A DNA stretch of 64,000 bases from NCBI RefSeq assembly GCF_054482525.1, contig NZ_CM137006.1; one strand, written 5' to 3'. Under the pieces are notes generated by a model. It was not told where the DNA came from and did no database searches. It was given only the letters and a program-made list of their open reading frames with translations. The translations under genes were made by a program, and so were the position numbers. Of this stretch, positions 10,002 through 20,626 are shown one piece after another. The stretch's first letter is position 1. Every line of letters starts with the position of its first letter.

Positions 10002-11207
10002 ATGCAGGACGTTGTTATTGTTGCCGCTACGCGCACACCGATTGGCTGTTTTCATGGCGCTCTCGCCCCACTTTCTGCGGTTGATCTCGGCGCTGCCACC
10101 ATCCGTTCATTGCTGGAGAAAACAGCACTTGCAGCAGAACAGATCGACGAAGTGATTTTTGGTCAGGTCCTGACTGCCGGAAGCGGACAAAATCCGGCAC
10201 GGCAATCGGCGCTCAAAGCCGGGTTAAGCCACGATACACCCGCCGTTACCATCAACCTGGTATGTGGTTCCGGTCTGAAAGCAGTACACCAGGCCGTACA
10301 GGCGATCCGTTGCGGTGATGCACAGATAATTATCGCAGGTGGCCAGGAAAGCATGAGTAACGCGCCCTATTTTATTGATGGCGCACGGGCAGGTTTACGC
10401 CTCGGGCATACCAGCATGAAAGACAGCGTGGTGCATGACGGACTATGGGACGCTTTCAATGATTACCACATGGGCATTACTGCAGAAAACCTGGCGCAAA
10501 AATATGCCATCAGTCGCGAGCGACAGGACACATTCGCGCTACGTTCTCAGCAAAAAGCCGCTGCCGCAATGGAAGCCGGGCGCTTTGCAGACGAAATTAC
10601 TCCGGTCAGCGTACCACAAGGTAAAAAACCACCACGCAGGGTAAATACCGACGAACAACCACGTTCCGGGACGCAACTGGAAAAACTAGCACAACTGAAA
10701 CCGGCCTTTCTTCCGGGGGCGGGAAGCGTCACCGCAGGAAATGCTTCTTCCATCAATGATGGTGCCGCCGCAGTCATGTTAATGCGCGCCAGCAAAGCTG
10801 CCGAACTTGGCCTCCCAGTGCTGGCTCGGGTGGCTGGTTATGCCGTTTCTGGCGTCGATCCTGCCTTTATGGGCATTGGTCCGGTCGCCGCTACCCGCGA
10901 ATGTCTTAAGCGTTGCGGATGGACGCTGGAAGATATTGATCTTATTGAAGCCAACGAGGCTTTCGCAGCGCAGGCGCTGGCCGTTGGCGACGAACTGAAC
11001 TGGGATTGCGACAAAGTGAATGTTAACGGCGGCGCAATCGCACTTGGGCATCCTATTGGCGCTTCCGGTTGCCGCATTCTGGTCACTCTCATTTATGAAA
11101 TGGCGCGACGTAATGCGCAAAAAGGGCTGGCGACGCTGTGCGTCGGTGGCGGTCAGGGCGTGGCGCTGACACTGGAAAGAACCACAGGAGAACACCATGC
11201 AAACTGA
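10002..11207 (+). CDS. acetyl-CoA C-acetyltransferase (thiolase II)
   Basis: 401 aa; thiolase translation with active-site regions ([21 protein letters not shown]). Confidence 0.85.
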   Translation: MQDVVIVAATRTPIGCFHGALAPLSAVDLGAATIRSLLEKTALAAEQIDEVIFGQVLTAGSGQNPARQSALKAGLSHDTPAVTINLVCGSGLKAVHQAVQAIRCGDAQIIIAGGQESMSNAPYFIDGARAGLRLGHTSMKDSVVHDGLWDAFNDYHMGITAENLAQKYAISRERQDTFALRSQQKAAAAMEAGRFADEITPVSVPQGKKPPRRVNTDEQPRSGTQLEKLAQLKPAFLPGAGSVTAGNASSINDGAAAVMLMRASKAAELGLPVLARVAGYAVSGVDPAFMGIGPVAATRECLKRCGWTLEDIDLIEANEAFAAQALAVGDELNWDCDKVNVNGGAIALGHPIGASGCRILVTLIYEMARRNAQKGLATLCVGGGQGVALTLERTTGEHHAN

Positions 11208-12120
11208 ACAATTTGCGGTACTGGGCGCCGGATTGATGGGCGTGGGGATTGCCACTCATTTCGCCCGCTTTGGTCATGATATCTGGCTGTACGATACCGA
11301 GCAGAGCCGGATTGCAGAAATCCACGTAGTTGCAGGCGGAATTCTTGATGAGCTGATTAGCTGCGAACAGTTTACTGCCCCGGAAAAAGAGAATGTGCTT
11401 AAACGTCTGCACGGCACGACTTCTCTTGCAGACATCGCCGACTCGCAACTACTGATTGAGGCGATCCCGGAGCGACTTGAACTAAAACACGCATTATATA
11501 CCGAGCTTGAAACGCTTATTTCTCCTGAGGCCATTGTCGCCAGCAATACCAGCGGTCTGCCGCCCGATGATCTGGCCGCGAAGATGCGCTACCCGCAACG
11601 ACTGCTGATCGCCCATTTCTGGCATCCGCCGCACTTCATTCCACTTGTGGAGATTATCCCCGGCAGCGTTACCGAGCCAAAGCATTTGCACTGGCTGCAG
11701 CACTTGCTTGTGTCACTGCAACTGGAAGCAGTGTTGCTGGATCGCGCTGCGCCAGGATTTGTCGGCAACCGTCTGCAATTTGCACTGTTGCGTGAAGCCC
11801 TGCATATCGTAAAAAGCGGCATCGCCAGTGCAGAAGTGGTGGATCAGGTGATGCGCGCCTCGCTTGGGCGACGTTATGCCATGGTCGGCCCGCTGGAGGC
11901 CGCCGACATGACCGGACTTTCGACGGTGCAGGATATTTGTCGCCATCTGCTCCCTGAACTAGCGACTGGCAGCGACATGATGTCATTAGTTGCCGAAAAA
12001 GTGGAACGTGGAGACATCGGCGTACGTAGCGGTCAGGGATTTTACTGCTGGGATGAATCGCGGAAGCAGTACATCCAGCAGCGTCGGGAACATCAACTTC
12101 GCTTCGCCCTTAAACCATAA
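11197..12120 (+). CDS. 3-hydroxyacyl-CoA dehydrogenase family protein (NAD-binding)
   Basis: 307 aa; N-terminal Rossmann motif [12 protein letters not shown]; overlaps thiolase stop by 11 nt. Confidence 0.7.
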   Translation: MQTEQFAVLGAGLMGVGIATHFARFGHDIWLYDTEQSRIAEIHVVAGGILDELISCEQFTAPEKENVLKRLHGTTSLADIADSQLLIEAIPERLELKHALYTELETLISPEAIVASNTSGLPPDDLAAKMRYPQRLLIAHFWHPPHFIPLVEIIPGSVTEPKHLHWLQHLLVSLQLEAVLLDRAAPGFVGNRLQFALLREALHIVKSGIASAEVVDQVMRASLGRRYAMVGPLEAADMTGLSTVQDICRHLLPELATGSDMMSLVAEKVERGDIGVRSGQGFYCWDESRKQYIQQRREHQLRFALKP

Positions 12121-12165
12121 CTTCTCTCGCTGTACCCACTATAACAACGATATTGAGGAGTCCCG

Positions 12166-13557
12166 ATGAGTGTATTAATCGCCCTTGCCGCGCTTGGGCT
12201 GCTAATGCTGGCAGCCTATCGCGGATACAGCGTTATCCTTTTTGCCCCCATCGCAGCATTAGGCGCTGTTCTTGTCACCGATCCGGGGGCCGTTGGCCCA
12301 GCATTTACCGGCCTGTTCATGGAAAAAATGGTCGGCTTCGTGAAATTGTACTTCCCGGTGTTTCTGCTCGGGGCCGTGTTCGGAAAACTGATTGAACTTT
12401 CAGGATTTTCTCGTTCGATTGTCGCTGCTGCAATCAACATTCTCGGCCGGCGGCATGCGATTCCGGTGATTGTGCTGGTATGTGCATTACTCACCTATGG
12501 CGGAGTGTCGCTGTTTGTGGTGGCATTTGCCGTTTATCCGTTCGCGGCTGAACTGTTCCGCCAGAGTAACATCCCAAAACGACTTATACCGGCAACGGTG
12601 GCCCTGGGGGCATTCTCTTTTACTATGGACGCTCTGCCCGGCACGCCACAAATTCAGAACATTATTCCTACCAGTTTCTTTGGCACCAACGCCTGGGCCG
12701 CGCCGTGGCTGGGGCTTATTGGTTCACTGTTTATCATTGCCGTCGGGCTTATCTATCTGGAGCGGCAGCGTCGTAAAGCGCAGGCAAAAAATGAAGGTTA
12801 CGGCACAGAGTTACTTAATGAACCTGAAACACCAGATAACATCAATTTACCGAACCCACTCATTGCGATTTCACCATTGATTCTGGTGGGGCTGTTGAAC
12901 TTGTTGTTTACCTGGTGGATCCCTGTTTGGTACGGTGCGAGCCACCAACTGGAGTTGCCGGGACTTGCCGCCCCGATTACCACAGATGTCGCCAAAATCA
13001 CCGCAATCTGGGCCGTCGAAGCTGCGCTCATTGCCGGAATTTTGCTGGTAGTGATTTTTGGATATCGCAATATTCATGGAAGACTGGCAGAAGGAAGCCG
13101 TACAGCGGTAGGCGGCGCAATTCTGGCTGCGATGAACACCGCCTCAGAATATGGCTTCGGTGCGGTTATCGCCGCCCTACCCGGTTTTCTGGTGCTCTCA
13201 AAGGCGCTGGCCGCCATTCCTGATCCATTACTCAACGAAGCCATCAGCATCACCACACTTGCCGGAATTACCGGTTCAGCGTCCGGCGGGATGAGTATTG
13301 CTCTTGCGGCGATGTCCGACACTTTTATTGCCGCTGCGCACGCTGCCAATATTCCACTGGAAGTTTTTCACCGCGTGGCATCTATGGCCAGTGGCGGCAT
13401 GGATACATTGCCCCATAACGGCGCTGTGATCACCCTGCTGGCAATTACTGGGCTGAGTCACCGTCAGGCTTACGGCGGCATCTTCGCAATTACGATCATT
13501 AAAAGTCTGGCCGTGCTGTTTATCATCGGCGTGTACTACACCACCGGCATTGTCTAA
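12166..13557 (+). CDS. multi-pass permease, probably GntP-family hydroxy-acid (3-hydroxybutyrate) transporter
   Basis: 463 aa, highly hydrophobic with central charged loop; family assignment by resemblance only. Confidence 0.55.
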   Translation: MSVLIALAALGLLMLAAYRGYSVILFAPIAALGAVLVTDPGAVGPAFTGLFMEKMVGFVKLYFPVFLLGAVFGKLIELSGFSRSIVAAAINILGRRHAIPVIVLVCALLTYGGVSLFVVAFAVYPFAAELFRQSNIPKRLIPATVALGAFSFTMDALPGTPQIQNIIPTSFFGTNAWAAPWLGLIGSLFIIAVGLIYLERQRRKAQAKNEGYGTELLNEPETPDNINLPNPLIAISPLILVGLLNLLFTWWIPVWYGASHQLELPGLAAPITTDVAKITAIWAVEAALIAGILLVVIFGYRNIHGRLAEGSRTAVGGAILAAMNTASEYGFGAVIAALPGFLVLSKALAAIPDPLLNEAISITTLAGITGSASGGMSIALAAMSDTFIAAAHAANIPLEVFHRVASMASGGMDTLPHNGAVITLLAITGLSHRQAYGGIFAITIIKSLAVLFIIGVYYTTGIV

Positions 13558-13568
13558 GGAAAATCATC

Positions 13569-14339
13569 ATGAATTTACAAGGTAAAACTGCGCTGGTGAC
13601 GGGGTCCACCAGCGGTATCGGACTCGGTATTGCTCAGACACTGGCAAACGCTGGCGCGCAAGTGATCCTCAACGGCTTCGGTGATGTTGACGCGGCAATC
13701 AATGCGGTTTCTCGTATGGGTAAAACGCCTGGCTATCATGAGGCAGACCTCAGCGATGAATCGCAAATTATCAACATGATGGCCTACGCACGGCGGGAAT
13801 TTGGCGGTGTGGACATTCTGGTGAATAACGCCGGGATCCAGTATGTCTCCCCGGTTGAATCTTTCCCTGTAGAAAAATGGAACGCCATTATCGCTATCAA
13901 TCTCTCTTCTGTCTTTCACACCACGCGTCTGGCACTGCCAGAAATGCGCACTCGTAACTGGGGTCGGATCATTAACATTGCCTCTGTGCATGGGCTGGTA
14001 GCGTCGAAAGACAAATCAGCTTATGTTGCGGCAAAACATGGCGTGGTGGGACTCACAAAGACCATTGCTCTGGAAACTGCGCAGACGGGTATTACCTGCA
14101 ACGCGCTCTGCCCTGGCTGGGTGCTGACGCCGCTGGTACAACAGCAGATTGATAAGCGCATTGCGCAAGGCGAAGATGCGGAAAGCGCGCGTGACGCCTT
14201 ACTGGCAGAAAAACAGCCTTCTCGTGAATTTGTGACTCCGCAACAACTGGGTGAACTGGCGCTGTTTCTCTGTTCGGATGCGGCAGCACAAGTGCGTGGG
14301 GTGGCGTGGAATATGGATGGCGGTTGGGTAGCGCAGTAA
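13569..14339 (+). CDS. bdhA: D-3-hydroxybutyrate dehydrogenase (SDR family)
   Basis: 256 aa; TGSTSGIGLGIA cofactor motif, NNAGIQ, YVAAKHG catalytic motif; close to remembered BdhA sequences. Confidence 0.8.
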   Translation: MNLQGKTALVTGSTSGIGLGIAQTLANAGAQVILNGFGDVDAAINAVSRMGKTPGYHEADLSDESQIINMMAYARREFGGVDILVNNAGIQYVSPVESFPVEKWNAIIAINLSSVFHTTRLALPEMRTRNWGRIINIASVHGLVASKDKSAYVAAKHGVVGLTKTIALETAQTGITCNALCPGWVLTPLVQQQIDKRIAQGEDAESARDALLAEKQPSREFVTPQQLGELALFLCSDAAAQVRGVAWNMDGGWVAQ

Positions 14340-14346
14340 GTGTTCG

Positions 14347-14368
14347 CCGGATGACACGTCATCCGGCA
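14347..14368. terminator. bidirectional hairpin between convergent bdhA and osmC
   Basis: perfect inverted repeat GCCGGATGAC-AC-GTCATCCGGC in the 34 bp gap. Confidence 0.5.
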
Positions 14369-14373
14369 ATGCT

Positions 14374-14805
14374 TTACGATTTCAACTGGTAATCAAGCGT
14401 AATTTCAGCTTTCAGTACCTGAGAAACCGGGCATCCTGCTTTTGCTTTCTGGATGATGCCGTCAAAGGTGGAGGTATCAATACCCGGCACCGCAACTTCG
14501 CTCTTCAGTGCGATTTTAGTAATCGCAAAACCGGCATCCACTTTATCCAGCGACACATCGGCGGTGGTATCAATCGATGTTGGCGTGAATCCCGCTTCCC
14601 CCAGCATTAATGAAAGCGCCATTGAGAAACATGCGGCATGCGCTGCGCCAATCAGTTCTTCAGGGTTGGTTCCTTTTTCGCCTTCAAAACGCGTGTTAAA
14701 TCCATACGGCTGTTGGTTCAGCACGCCACTCTCGGTGGATACTGTTCCCTTCCCGCGTTTGATATCGCCTTCCCAGTGTGCCTGACCTTTCTTATGGATT
14801 GTCAT
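14374..14805 (-). CDS. osmC: osmotically inducible peroxiredoxin
   Basis: 143 aa; translation matches remembered OsmC (MTIHKKGQAHWEGDIKRGKG...). Confidence 0.9.
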   Translation of the reverse strand: MTIHKKGQAHWEGDIKRGKGTVSTESGVLNQQPYGFNTRFEGEKGTNPEELIGAAHAACFSMALSLMLGEAGFTPTSIDTTADVSLDKVDAGFAITKIALKSEVAVPGIDTSTFDGIIQKAKAGCPVSQVLKAEITLDYQLKS

Positions 14806-15149
14806 TGTTGCTCTCCTGTGGGCTTAAAAAGGAAATTATAGACTACGTGAGAAACAGCACGAGGATAAGCAGGATATTCCGAATAAAATCCGGCGAAAAC
14901 ATTATCTCTGTACTTAAATTAAATTCCCACAATAGATAACAGGAAATATATGACTCAAAAGATATTGTATCAATATTAATCGATTCACACCAATAACAAT
15001 CCCTATGAATATCATAGTGTTAAAATATAAAAATTATCAACCAGGACTAATCTTAACAACGAAGCGGCAAATATTTGCCATGCTGAATGTGCTTTATAAA
15101 TCTGCGATCCGTAGCAGACACCATAAATACACAGACACGGAGAATCACT

Positions 15150-15365
15150 ATGTTTACTTATTATCAGGCAGAAAATTCAACAGCAGAACCCGCTCTGGTT
15201 AATGCCATTGAGCAAGGCCTTCGGGCAGAGCACGGTGTTGTCACTGAAGATGACATTCTCATGGAGCTGACCAAATGGGTGGAAGCTTCTGATAACGACA
15301 TCCTCAGTGATATCTACCAGCAAACGATCAATTATGTGGTCAGTGGCCAGCACCCTACGCTTTAA
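15150..15365 (+). CDS. bdm: biofilm-dependent modulation protein
   Basis: internal ATG of ORF 15087..15365 gives 71 aa MFTYYQAENSTAEP...; divergent from osmC. Confidence 0.85.
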   Translation: MFTYYQAENSTAEPALVNAIEQGLRAEHGVVTEDDILMELTKWVEASDNDILSDIYQQTINYVVSGQHPTL

Positions 15366-15466
15366 GGTGCTATGCTTGATCGGCAACCTAATTTAGGGGT
15401 TTAGCACGTGTTTCTTCGCTACGGCGATGTTGTCCTTAAAACTAGCAACAGGATTGAGGAGTTAAA

Positions 15467-15604
15467 ATGAAATCGAACCGTCAGGCACGTCATATTCTTG
15501 GACTGGACCATAAAATTTCTAACCAGCGCAAAATAGTTACCGAAGGTGACAAATCCAGCGTGGTAAATAACCCAACCGGCAGAAAACGCCCCTCTGAAAA
15601 GTAA
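15467..15604 (+). CDS. sra: stationary-phase ribosome-associated protein (45 aa)
   Basis: hand-translated small [48 protein letters not shown] with GAGGAG RBS; below ORF-track size cutoff. Confidence 0.8.
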   Translation: MKSNRQARHILGLDHKISNQRKIVTEGDKSSVVNNPTGRKRPSEK

Positions 15605-15633
15605 TTCATAACCATCAGTCCTCAATGACGATT

Positions 15634-15670
15634 AAACACCATTGCCTGCGCAATGGTGTTTTTGTTTTTA
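15634..15670 (+). terminator. intrinsic terminator of bdm-sra
   Basis: stem AAACACCATTG / CAATGGTGTTT followed by T-run. Confidence 0.6.
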
Positions 15671-15760
15671 TCTGCTTTATACTTGGGGCCGACGCCCTGG
15701 CGGTAAAGCAAAGACGATAAAAGCGTGCCAGGGATGGATATTCAAAAAAGAGTGAGTGAC

Positions 15761-17458
15761 ATGGAACCAAAAACAAAAAAACAGCGTTCGCTTTATATTC
15801 CTTACGCTGGCCCTGTACTGCTGGAATTTCCGTTGTTGAATAAAGGCAGTGCCTTCAGCATGGAAGAACGCCGTAACTTCAACCTGCTGGGGTTACTGCC
15901 GGAAGTGGTCGAAACCATCGAAGAACAAGCGGAACGAGCATGGATCCAGTATCAGGGATTCAAAACCGAAATCGACAAACACATCTACCTGCGTAACATC
16001 CAGGACACTAACGAAACCCTCTTCTACCGTCTGGTAAACAATCATCTTGATGAGATGATGCCTGTTATTTATACCCCAACCGTCGGCGCAGCCTGTGAGC
16101 GTTTTTCTGAGATCTACCGCCGTTCACGCGGCGTGTTTATCTCTTACCAGAACCGCCACAATATGGACGATATTCTGCAAAACGTGCCGAACCATAATAT
16201 TAAAGTGATTGTGGTGACTGACGGTGAACGTATTCTGGGGCTTGGTGACCAGGGCATCGGCGGGATGGGCATTCCGATCGGTAAACTGTCGCTCTATACC
16301 GCTTGTGGCGGCATCAGCCCGGCGTATACCCTTCCGGTGGTGCTGGATGTCGGAACGAACAACCAACAGCTGCTTAACGATCCGCTGTATATGGGCTGGC
16401 GTAATCCGCGTATCACTGACGACGAATACTATGAATTCGTTGATGAATTTATCCAGGCTGTGAAACAACGCTGGCCGGACGTGCTGTTGCAGTTTGAAGA
16501 CTTCGCACAAAAAAATGCGATGCCGTTACTTAACCGCTATCGCAATGAAATTTGTTCTTTTAACGATGACATTCAGGGCACCGCGGCGGTAACGGTCGGC
16601 ACACTGATCGCAGCCAGCCGCGCGGCGGGTGGTCAACTGAGCGAGAAAAAAATCGTCTTCCTTGGCGCAGGTTCAGCGGGATGCGGCATTGCGGAAATGA
16701 TCATCGCCCAGACCCAGCGCGAAGGATTAAGCGAGGAAGCGGCGCGGCAGAAAGTCTTTATGGTCGATCGCTTTGGCCTGCTGACGGACAAGATGCCGAA
16801 CCTGCTGCCTTTCCAGACCAAACTGGTGCAGAAGCGCGAAAACCTCAGTGACTGGGATACCGACAGCGATGTGCTGTCACTGCTGGATGTGGTGCGTAAT
16901 GTAAAACCAGATATTCTGATTGGCGTCTCAGGACAGACCGGGCTGTTTACGGAAGAGATCATCCGTGAGATGCATAAACACTGTCCGCGTCCGATCGTGA
17001 TGCCGCTGTCTAACCCGACGTCACGCGTGGAAGCCACACCGCAGGACATTATCGCCTGGACTGAAGGTAACGCGCTGGTCGCCACTGGCAGTCCGTTTAA
17101 TCCAGTGGTATGGAAAGATAAAATCTACCCTATCGCCCAGTGCAACAACGCCTTCATTTTCCCGGGCATCGGGCTGGGCGTTATTGCTTCCGGCGCGTCA
17201 CGTATCACCGATGAGATGCTGATGTCGGCAAGTGAAACGCTTGCTCAGTATTCGCCGCTGGTCCTGAACGGCGAAGGCCTGGTACTACCGGAACTGAAAG
17301 ATATTCAGAAAGTCTCCCGCGCAATTGCGTTTGCGGTTGGCAAAATGGCGCAGCAGCAAGGCGTGGCGGTGAAAACGTCTGCCGAAGCTTTGCAACAAGC
17401 CATTGATGATAATTTCTGGCACGCCGAATACCGCGACTACCGCCGTACCTCCATCTAA
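15761..17458 (+). CDS. maeA: NAD-dependent malic enzyme
   Basis: ORF 15725..17458; ATG at 15761 gives 565 aa [23 protein letters not shown]... Confidence 0.9.
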   Translation: MEPKTKKQRSLYIPYAGPVLLEFPLLNKGSAFSMEERRNFNLLGLLPEVVETIEEQAERAWIQYQGFKTEIDKHIYLRNIQDTNETLFYRLVNNHLDEMMPVIYTPTVGAACERFSEIYRRSRGVFISYQNRHNMDDILQNVPNHNIKVIVVTDGERILGLGDQGIGGMGIPIGKLSLYTACGGISPAYTLPVVLDVGTNNQQLLNDPLYMGWRNPRITDDEYYEFVDEFIQAVKQRWPDVLLQFEDFAQKNAMPLLNRYRNEICSFNDDIQGTAAVTVGTLIAASRAAGGQLSEKKIVFLGAGSAGCGIAEMIIAQTQREGLSEEAARQKVFMVDRFGLLTDKMPNLLPFQTKLVQKRENLSDWDTDSDVLSLLDVVRNVKPDILIGVSGQTGLFTEEIIREMHKHCPRPIVMPLSNPTSRVEATPQDIIAWTEGNALVATGSPFNPVVWKDKIYPIAQCNNAFIFPGIGLGVIASGASRITDEMLMSASETLAQYSPLVLNGEGLVLPELKDIQKVSRAIAFAVGKMAQQQGVAVKTSAEALQQAIDDNFWHAEYRDYRRTSI

Positions 17459-17591
17459 GCCTGCGCCCGGTGGTGAAAGCTGCCGGGCAATTTTCCTCTC
17501 CCTTTTTCAGATCTCATCCATACTGGGTAGTGGCGAATAAATCTCATTTGCCTCACCTGCTATGCAGAACATCATCCGAAAAGGAGGAACT

Positions 17592-18602
17592 ATGAAGGCT
17601 GCAGTTGTTACGAAGGATCATCATGTTGACGTTACGGATAAAACACTGCGCTCACTGAAACATGGCGAAGCCCTGCTGAAAATGGAGTGTTGTGGTGTAT
17701 GTCATACCGATCTTCATGTTAAGAATGGCGATTTTGGTGACAAAACCGGCGTAATTCTGGGCCATGAAGGCATCGGTGTGGTGGCAGAAGTTGGCCCAGG
17801 TGTCACCTCATTAAAACCAGGCGATCGTGCCAGCGTGGCGTGGTTTTACGAAGGATGCGGTCATTGCGAATACTGTAACAGTGGTAACGAAACGCTCTGC
17901 CGTTCAGTTAAAAATGCCGGATACAGCGTTGATGGCGGGATGGCGGAAGAGTGCATCGTGGTGGCGGATTACGCGGTAAAAGTGCCAGATGGCCTGGACT
18001 CGGCGGCGGCCAGCAGCATTACCTGTGCAGGGGTCACCACCTACAAAGCCGTTAAGCTGTCAAAAATTCATCCAGGGCAGTGGATTGCTATCTACGGTCT
18101 TGGCGGTCTGGGTAACCTCGCCCTGCAATACGCGAAGAATGTCTTTAACGCGAAAGTGATCGCCATTGATGTCAATGATGAGCAGTTAAAACTGGCAACC
18201 GAAATGGGCGCTGATTTAGCGATTAACTCACGCACTGAAGACGCCGCCAAAATTGTGCAGGAAAAAACCGGTGGCGCTCACGCCGCGGTGGTGACAGCGG
18301 TAGCTAAAGCTGCGTTTAACTCGGCGGTTGATGCTGTACGAGCAGGCGGTCGTGTTGTGGCTGTCGGTCTGCCGCCGGAGTCTATGAGCCTGGACATCCC
18401 ACGCCTTGTGCTGGATGGTATTGAAGTGGTCGGTTCGCTGGTCGGCACGCGCCAGGATCTCACCGAAGCCTTCCAGTTTGCGGCCGAAGGCAAAGTGGTA
18501 CCGAAGGTCGCCCTGCGTCCGTTAGCGGACATCAACACCATCTTTACTGAGATGGAAGAAGGCAAAATCCGTGGCCGTATGGTGATTGATTTCCGCCGCT
18601 AA
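17592..18602 (+). CDS. adhP: alcohol dehydrogenase, propanol-preferring (zinc MDR family)
   Basis: ATG after AAGGAGG RBS gives 336 aa [11 protein letters not shown]...; zinc ligand motif GHEGIG. Confidence 0.9.
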   Translation: MKAAVVTKDHHVDVTDKTLRSLKHGEALLKMECCGVCHTDLHVKNGDFGDKTGVILGHEGIGVVAEVGPGVTSLKPGDRASVAWFYEGCGHCEYCNSGNETLCRSVKNAGYSVDGGMAEECIVVADYAVKVPDGLDSAAASSITCAGVTTYKAVKLSKIHPGQWIAIYGLGGLGNLALQYAKNVFNAKVIAIDVNDEQLKLATEMGADLAINSRTEDAAKIVQEKTGGAHAAVVTAVAKAAFNSAVDAVRAGGRVVAVGLPPESMSLDIPRLVLDGIEVVGSLVGTRQDLTEAFQFAAEGKVVPKVALRPLADINTIFTEMEEGKIRGRMVIDFRR

Positions 18603-18691
18603 GAGGCCTTTGCTGCGACTGCCATGTTCGGGTCGCAGCATCGCACACTCTCCAACATGAAATGGCTAAATGGATTATTGTTGCGTAGGAA

Positions 18692-18713
18692 GGAACAATA
18701 ATGATAGTGTTCC
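18692..18713. promoter_or_regulatory. palindromic putative operator upstream of yddM
   Basis: GGAACA-N10-TGTTCC perfect dyad about 35 bp upstream of the yddM start. Confidence 0.3.
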
Positions 18714-18747
18714 TGGTGAAGGAACGCTACTGAGAGTAAAGACACTA

Positions 18748-19032
18748 ATGAAAATGGCCAATCATCCCCGCCCGGGGGACATTATTCAGGAATCACTGGA
18801 CGAACTTAATGTCAGCCTGCGCGAGTTTGCCAGAGCAATGGAAATAGCTCCCTCAACGGCAAGCCGATTGCTGACCGGAAAAGCAGCTTTGACACCAGAA
18901 ATGGCGATTAAACTTTCCGTGGTGATCGGCAGTTCGCCGCAAATGTGGCTGAATCTGCAAAACGCCTGGAGTCTGGCAGAGGCAGAAAAAACGGTGGATG
19001 TGTCGCGATTACGCCATCTGGTTACGCAATAA
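18748..19032 (+). CDS. yddM: HTH (XRE/HigA-like) DNA-binding protein
   Basis: internal ATG of ORF 18670..19032 gives 94 aa [45 protein letters not shown]... Confidence 0.75.
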   Translation: MKMANHPRPGDIIQESLDELNVSLREFARAMEIAPSTASRLLTGKAALTPEMAIKLSVVIGSSPQMWLNLQNAWSLAEAEKTVDVSRLRHLVTQ

Positions 19033-19062
19033 AAAAAATGGCGCTTCTTAAAGCGCCATTTT
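19033..19062. terminator. bidirectional intrinsic terminator between convergent yddM and fdnI
   Basis: AAAAAAAATGGCGCTTCTTAAAGCGCCATTTT: perfect stem flanked by A-run and T-run. Confidence 0.65.
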
Positions 19063-19083
19063 CAGCTTAAAGTTCAAAAGAGA

Positions 19084-19737
19084 TTATATCCCTTCTTCAC
19101 TCTCTTTTTTCGCTTCTGCCTTCTCGATTTCACGATACCAGCGCGGATGGTGTTTCTTCGCCCAGCGACGGCTCACCTTCCCTTCGATCATCCCTTTAAT
19201 CGATCCTTTCACCCAGAATGCCATATACATATGGATCAGGATGGCGTGGATCAGGATGATACCCGCAGCCGCGTGAATCAGCAGGCTGTAGCGAACAACC
19301 TGCATCGGGAAGTACTGCGCAAAGTACGGACGCCAGATAATCACCCCGGTCACCAACAGCACGAAAATCATGCTCATGATCGACCAGAACATCATCTTTT
19401 GCCCGGCGTTGTACTTACCGACATCCGCCACTTTGTGCTCATTGCCTTTTAATACTTCGACAATGTTCAACAGCCACGGAATATCTTTCTTATCCGGGAT
19501 GTTGTGATGCACAAAACGCACAAACATAAACATCAGCGCGACGAAAATCGCAATGCCGAAGAACGGGTGCAAAATGCGCCCCATCTGCGGCGTACCGAAG
19601 GTTTGCGTCAGCCATTGCAGCGTCGGGAAGAAGAACGAAATCCCGGACAGCGCCACCAGGAAGAAGCAAATCACCACGGTCCAGTGACAGGCGCGATCAA
19701 TAAATTTGGTGCGCACAATCATTTTCGACTTACTCAT
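19084..19737 (-). CDS. fdnI: formate dehydrogenase-N gamma subunit (cytochrome b556)
   Basis: 217 aa from [19 protein letters not shown]...; four TM helices with His ligands. Confidence 0.9.
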
Positions 19738-20614
19738 GATGATCCTCCTCGTCATCGTCCACTTCCTTATTCGGGCCAATACCGATGTAGTGGAAAATCA
19801 ACCCGGCAAAAGTGGCAATAAAGCCAGCCGCTGCCAGCGGTTTCAACGCGCCTTTCCACAGGCTTACCGAGGTATCGATCTTCGGATCTTTCGGCAGACC
19901 GTGATACAGCTCCGGCTGATCGGCGTGATGCAGCACGTACATAACGTGCGTACCACCGACCCCTTCCGGGTTGTAGACGCCAGCATGTTCGTAACCACGC
20001 GCTTTCAGTTTCGCCACGCGCTGTTCCGCCAGCTCCAGCATCTCCTTCTTGGTGCCGAAGTGGATAGCCCCGGTCGGACAGGTTTTCACACAAGCCGGTT
20101 CCTGGCCGACGCTGACGCGATCGACGCAGAGCGTGCATTTATATACCCGGTTATCCTCTTTGTTGAGGCGCGGAATATTAAACGGACACCCGGCAATGCA
20201 GTAACCACAGCCGATGCAGTTTTCCGACTGGAAATCGACAATCCCGTTAGCGTACTGAATGATTGCACCAGCAGACGGGCACGCCTTCAGGCAGCCCGGA
20301 TCTTCACAGTGCATACAGCCGTCTTTACGGATCAGCCACTCCAGCTTGCCGTTCTGTTCGGTTTCGCTAAAGCGCATCACCGTCCAGGACTTGGCGCTCA
20401 GATCGGCGGGGTTATCGTAAACCCCGACGCAGTGCCCCACTTCATCACGGATGTCGTTCCACTCTGAACACGCCACCTGACAGGCTTTACAGCCGATACA
20501 GGTGGAAACGTCGATAAGTTTCGCGACTTCTGCTTTGTAATCACGCACCTGCGAAGGCGGCGTGATGGAGTTAGTTGCGGACCTTTTGATAATGTCCTGC
20601 GTTTCCATAGCCAT
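19730..20614 (-). CDS. fdnH: formate dehydrogenase-N beta subunit (4x[4Fe-4S])
   Basis: 294 aa; multiple CxxCxxCxxxCP ferredoxin motifs. Confidence 0.9.
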   Translation of the reverse strand: MAMETQDIIKRSATNSITPPSQVRDYKAEVAKLIDVSTCIGCKACQVACSEWNDIRDEVGHCVGVYDNPADLSAKSWTVMRFSETEQNGKLEWLIRKDGCMHCEDPGCLKACPSAGAIIQYANGIVDFQSENCIGCGYCIAGCPFNIPRLNKEDNRVYKCTLCVDRVSVGQEPACVKTCPTGAIHFGTKKEMLELAEQRVAKLKARGYEHAGVYNPEGVGGTHVMYVLHHADQPELYHGLPKDPKIDTSVSLWKGALKPLAAAGFIATFAGLIFHYIGIGPNKEVDDDEEDHHE

Positions 20615-20626
20615 CTGTTCGCCCCC

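Noticed and set aside
15005-15202. 65 aa ORF in the osmC-bdm intergenic region
   Set aside because: Overlaps the bdm promoter and start out of frame; AT-rich promoter DNA, no RBS.
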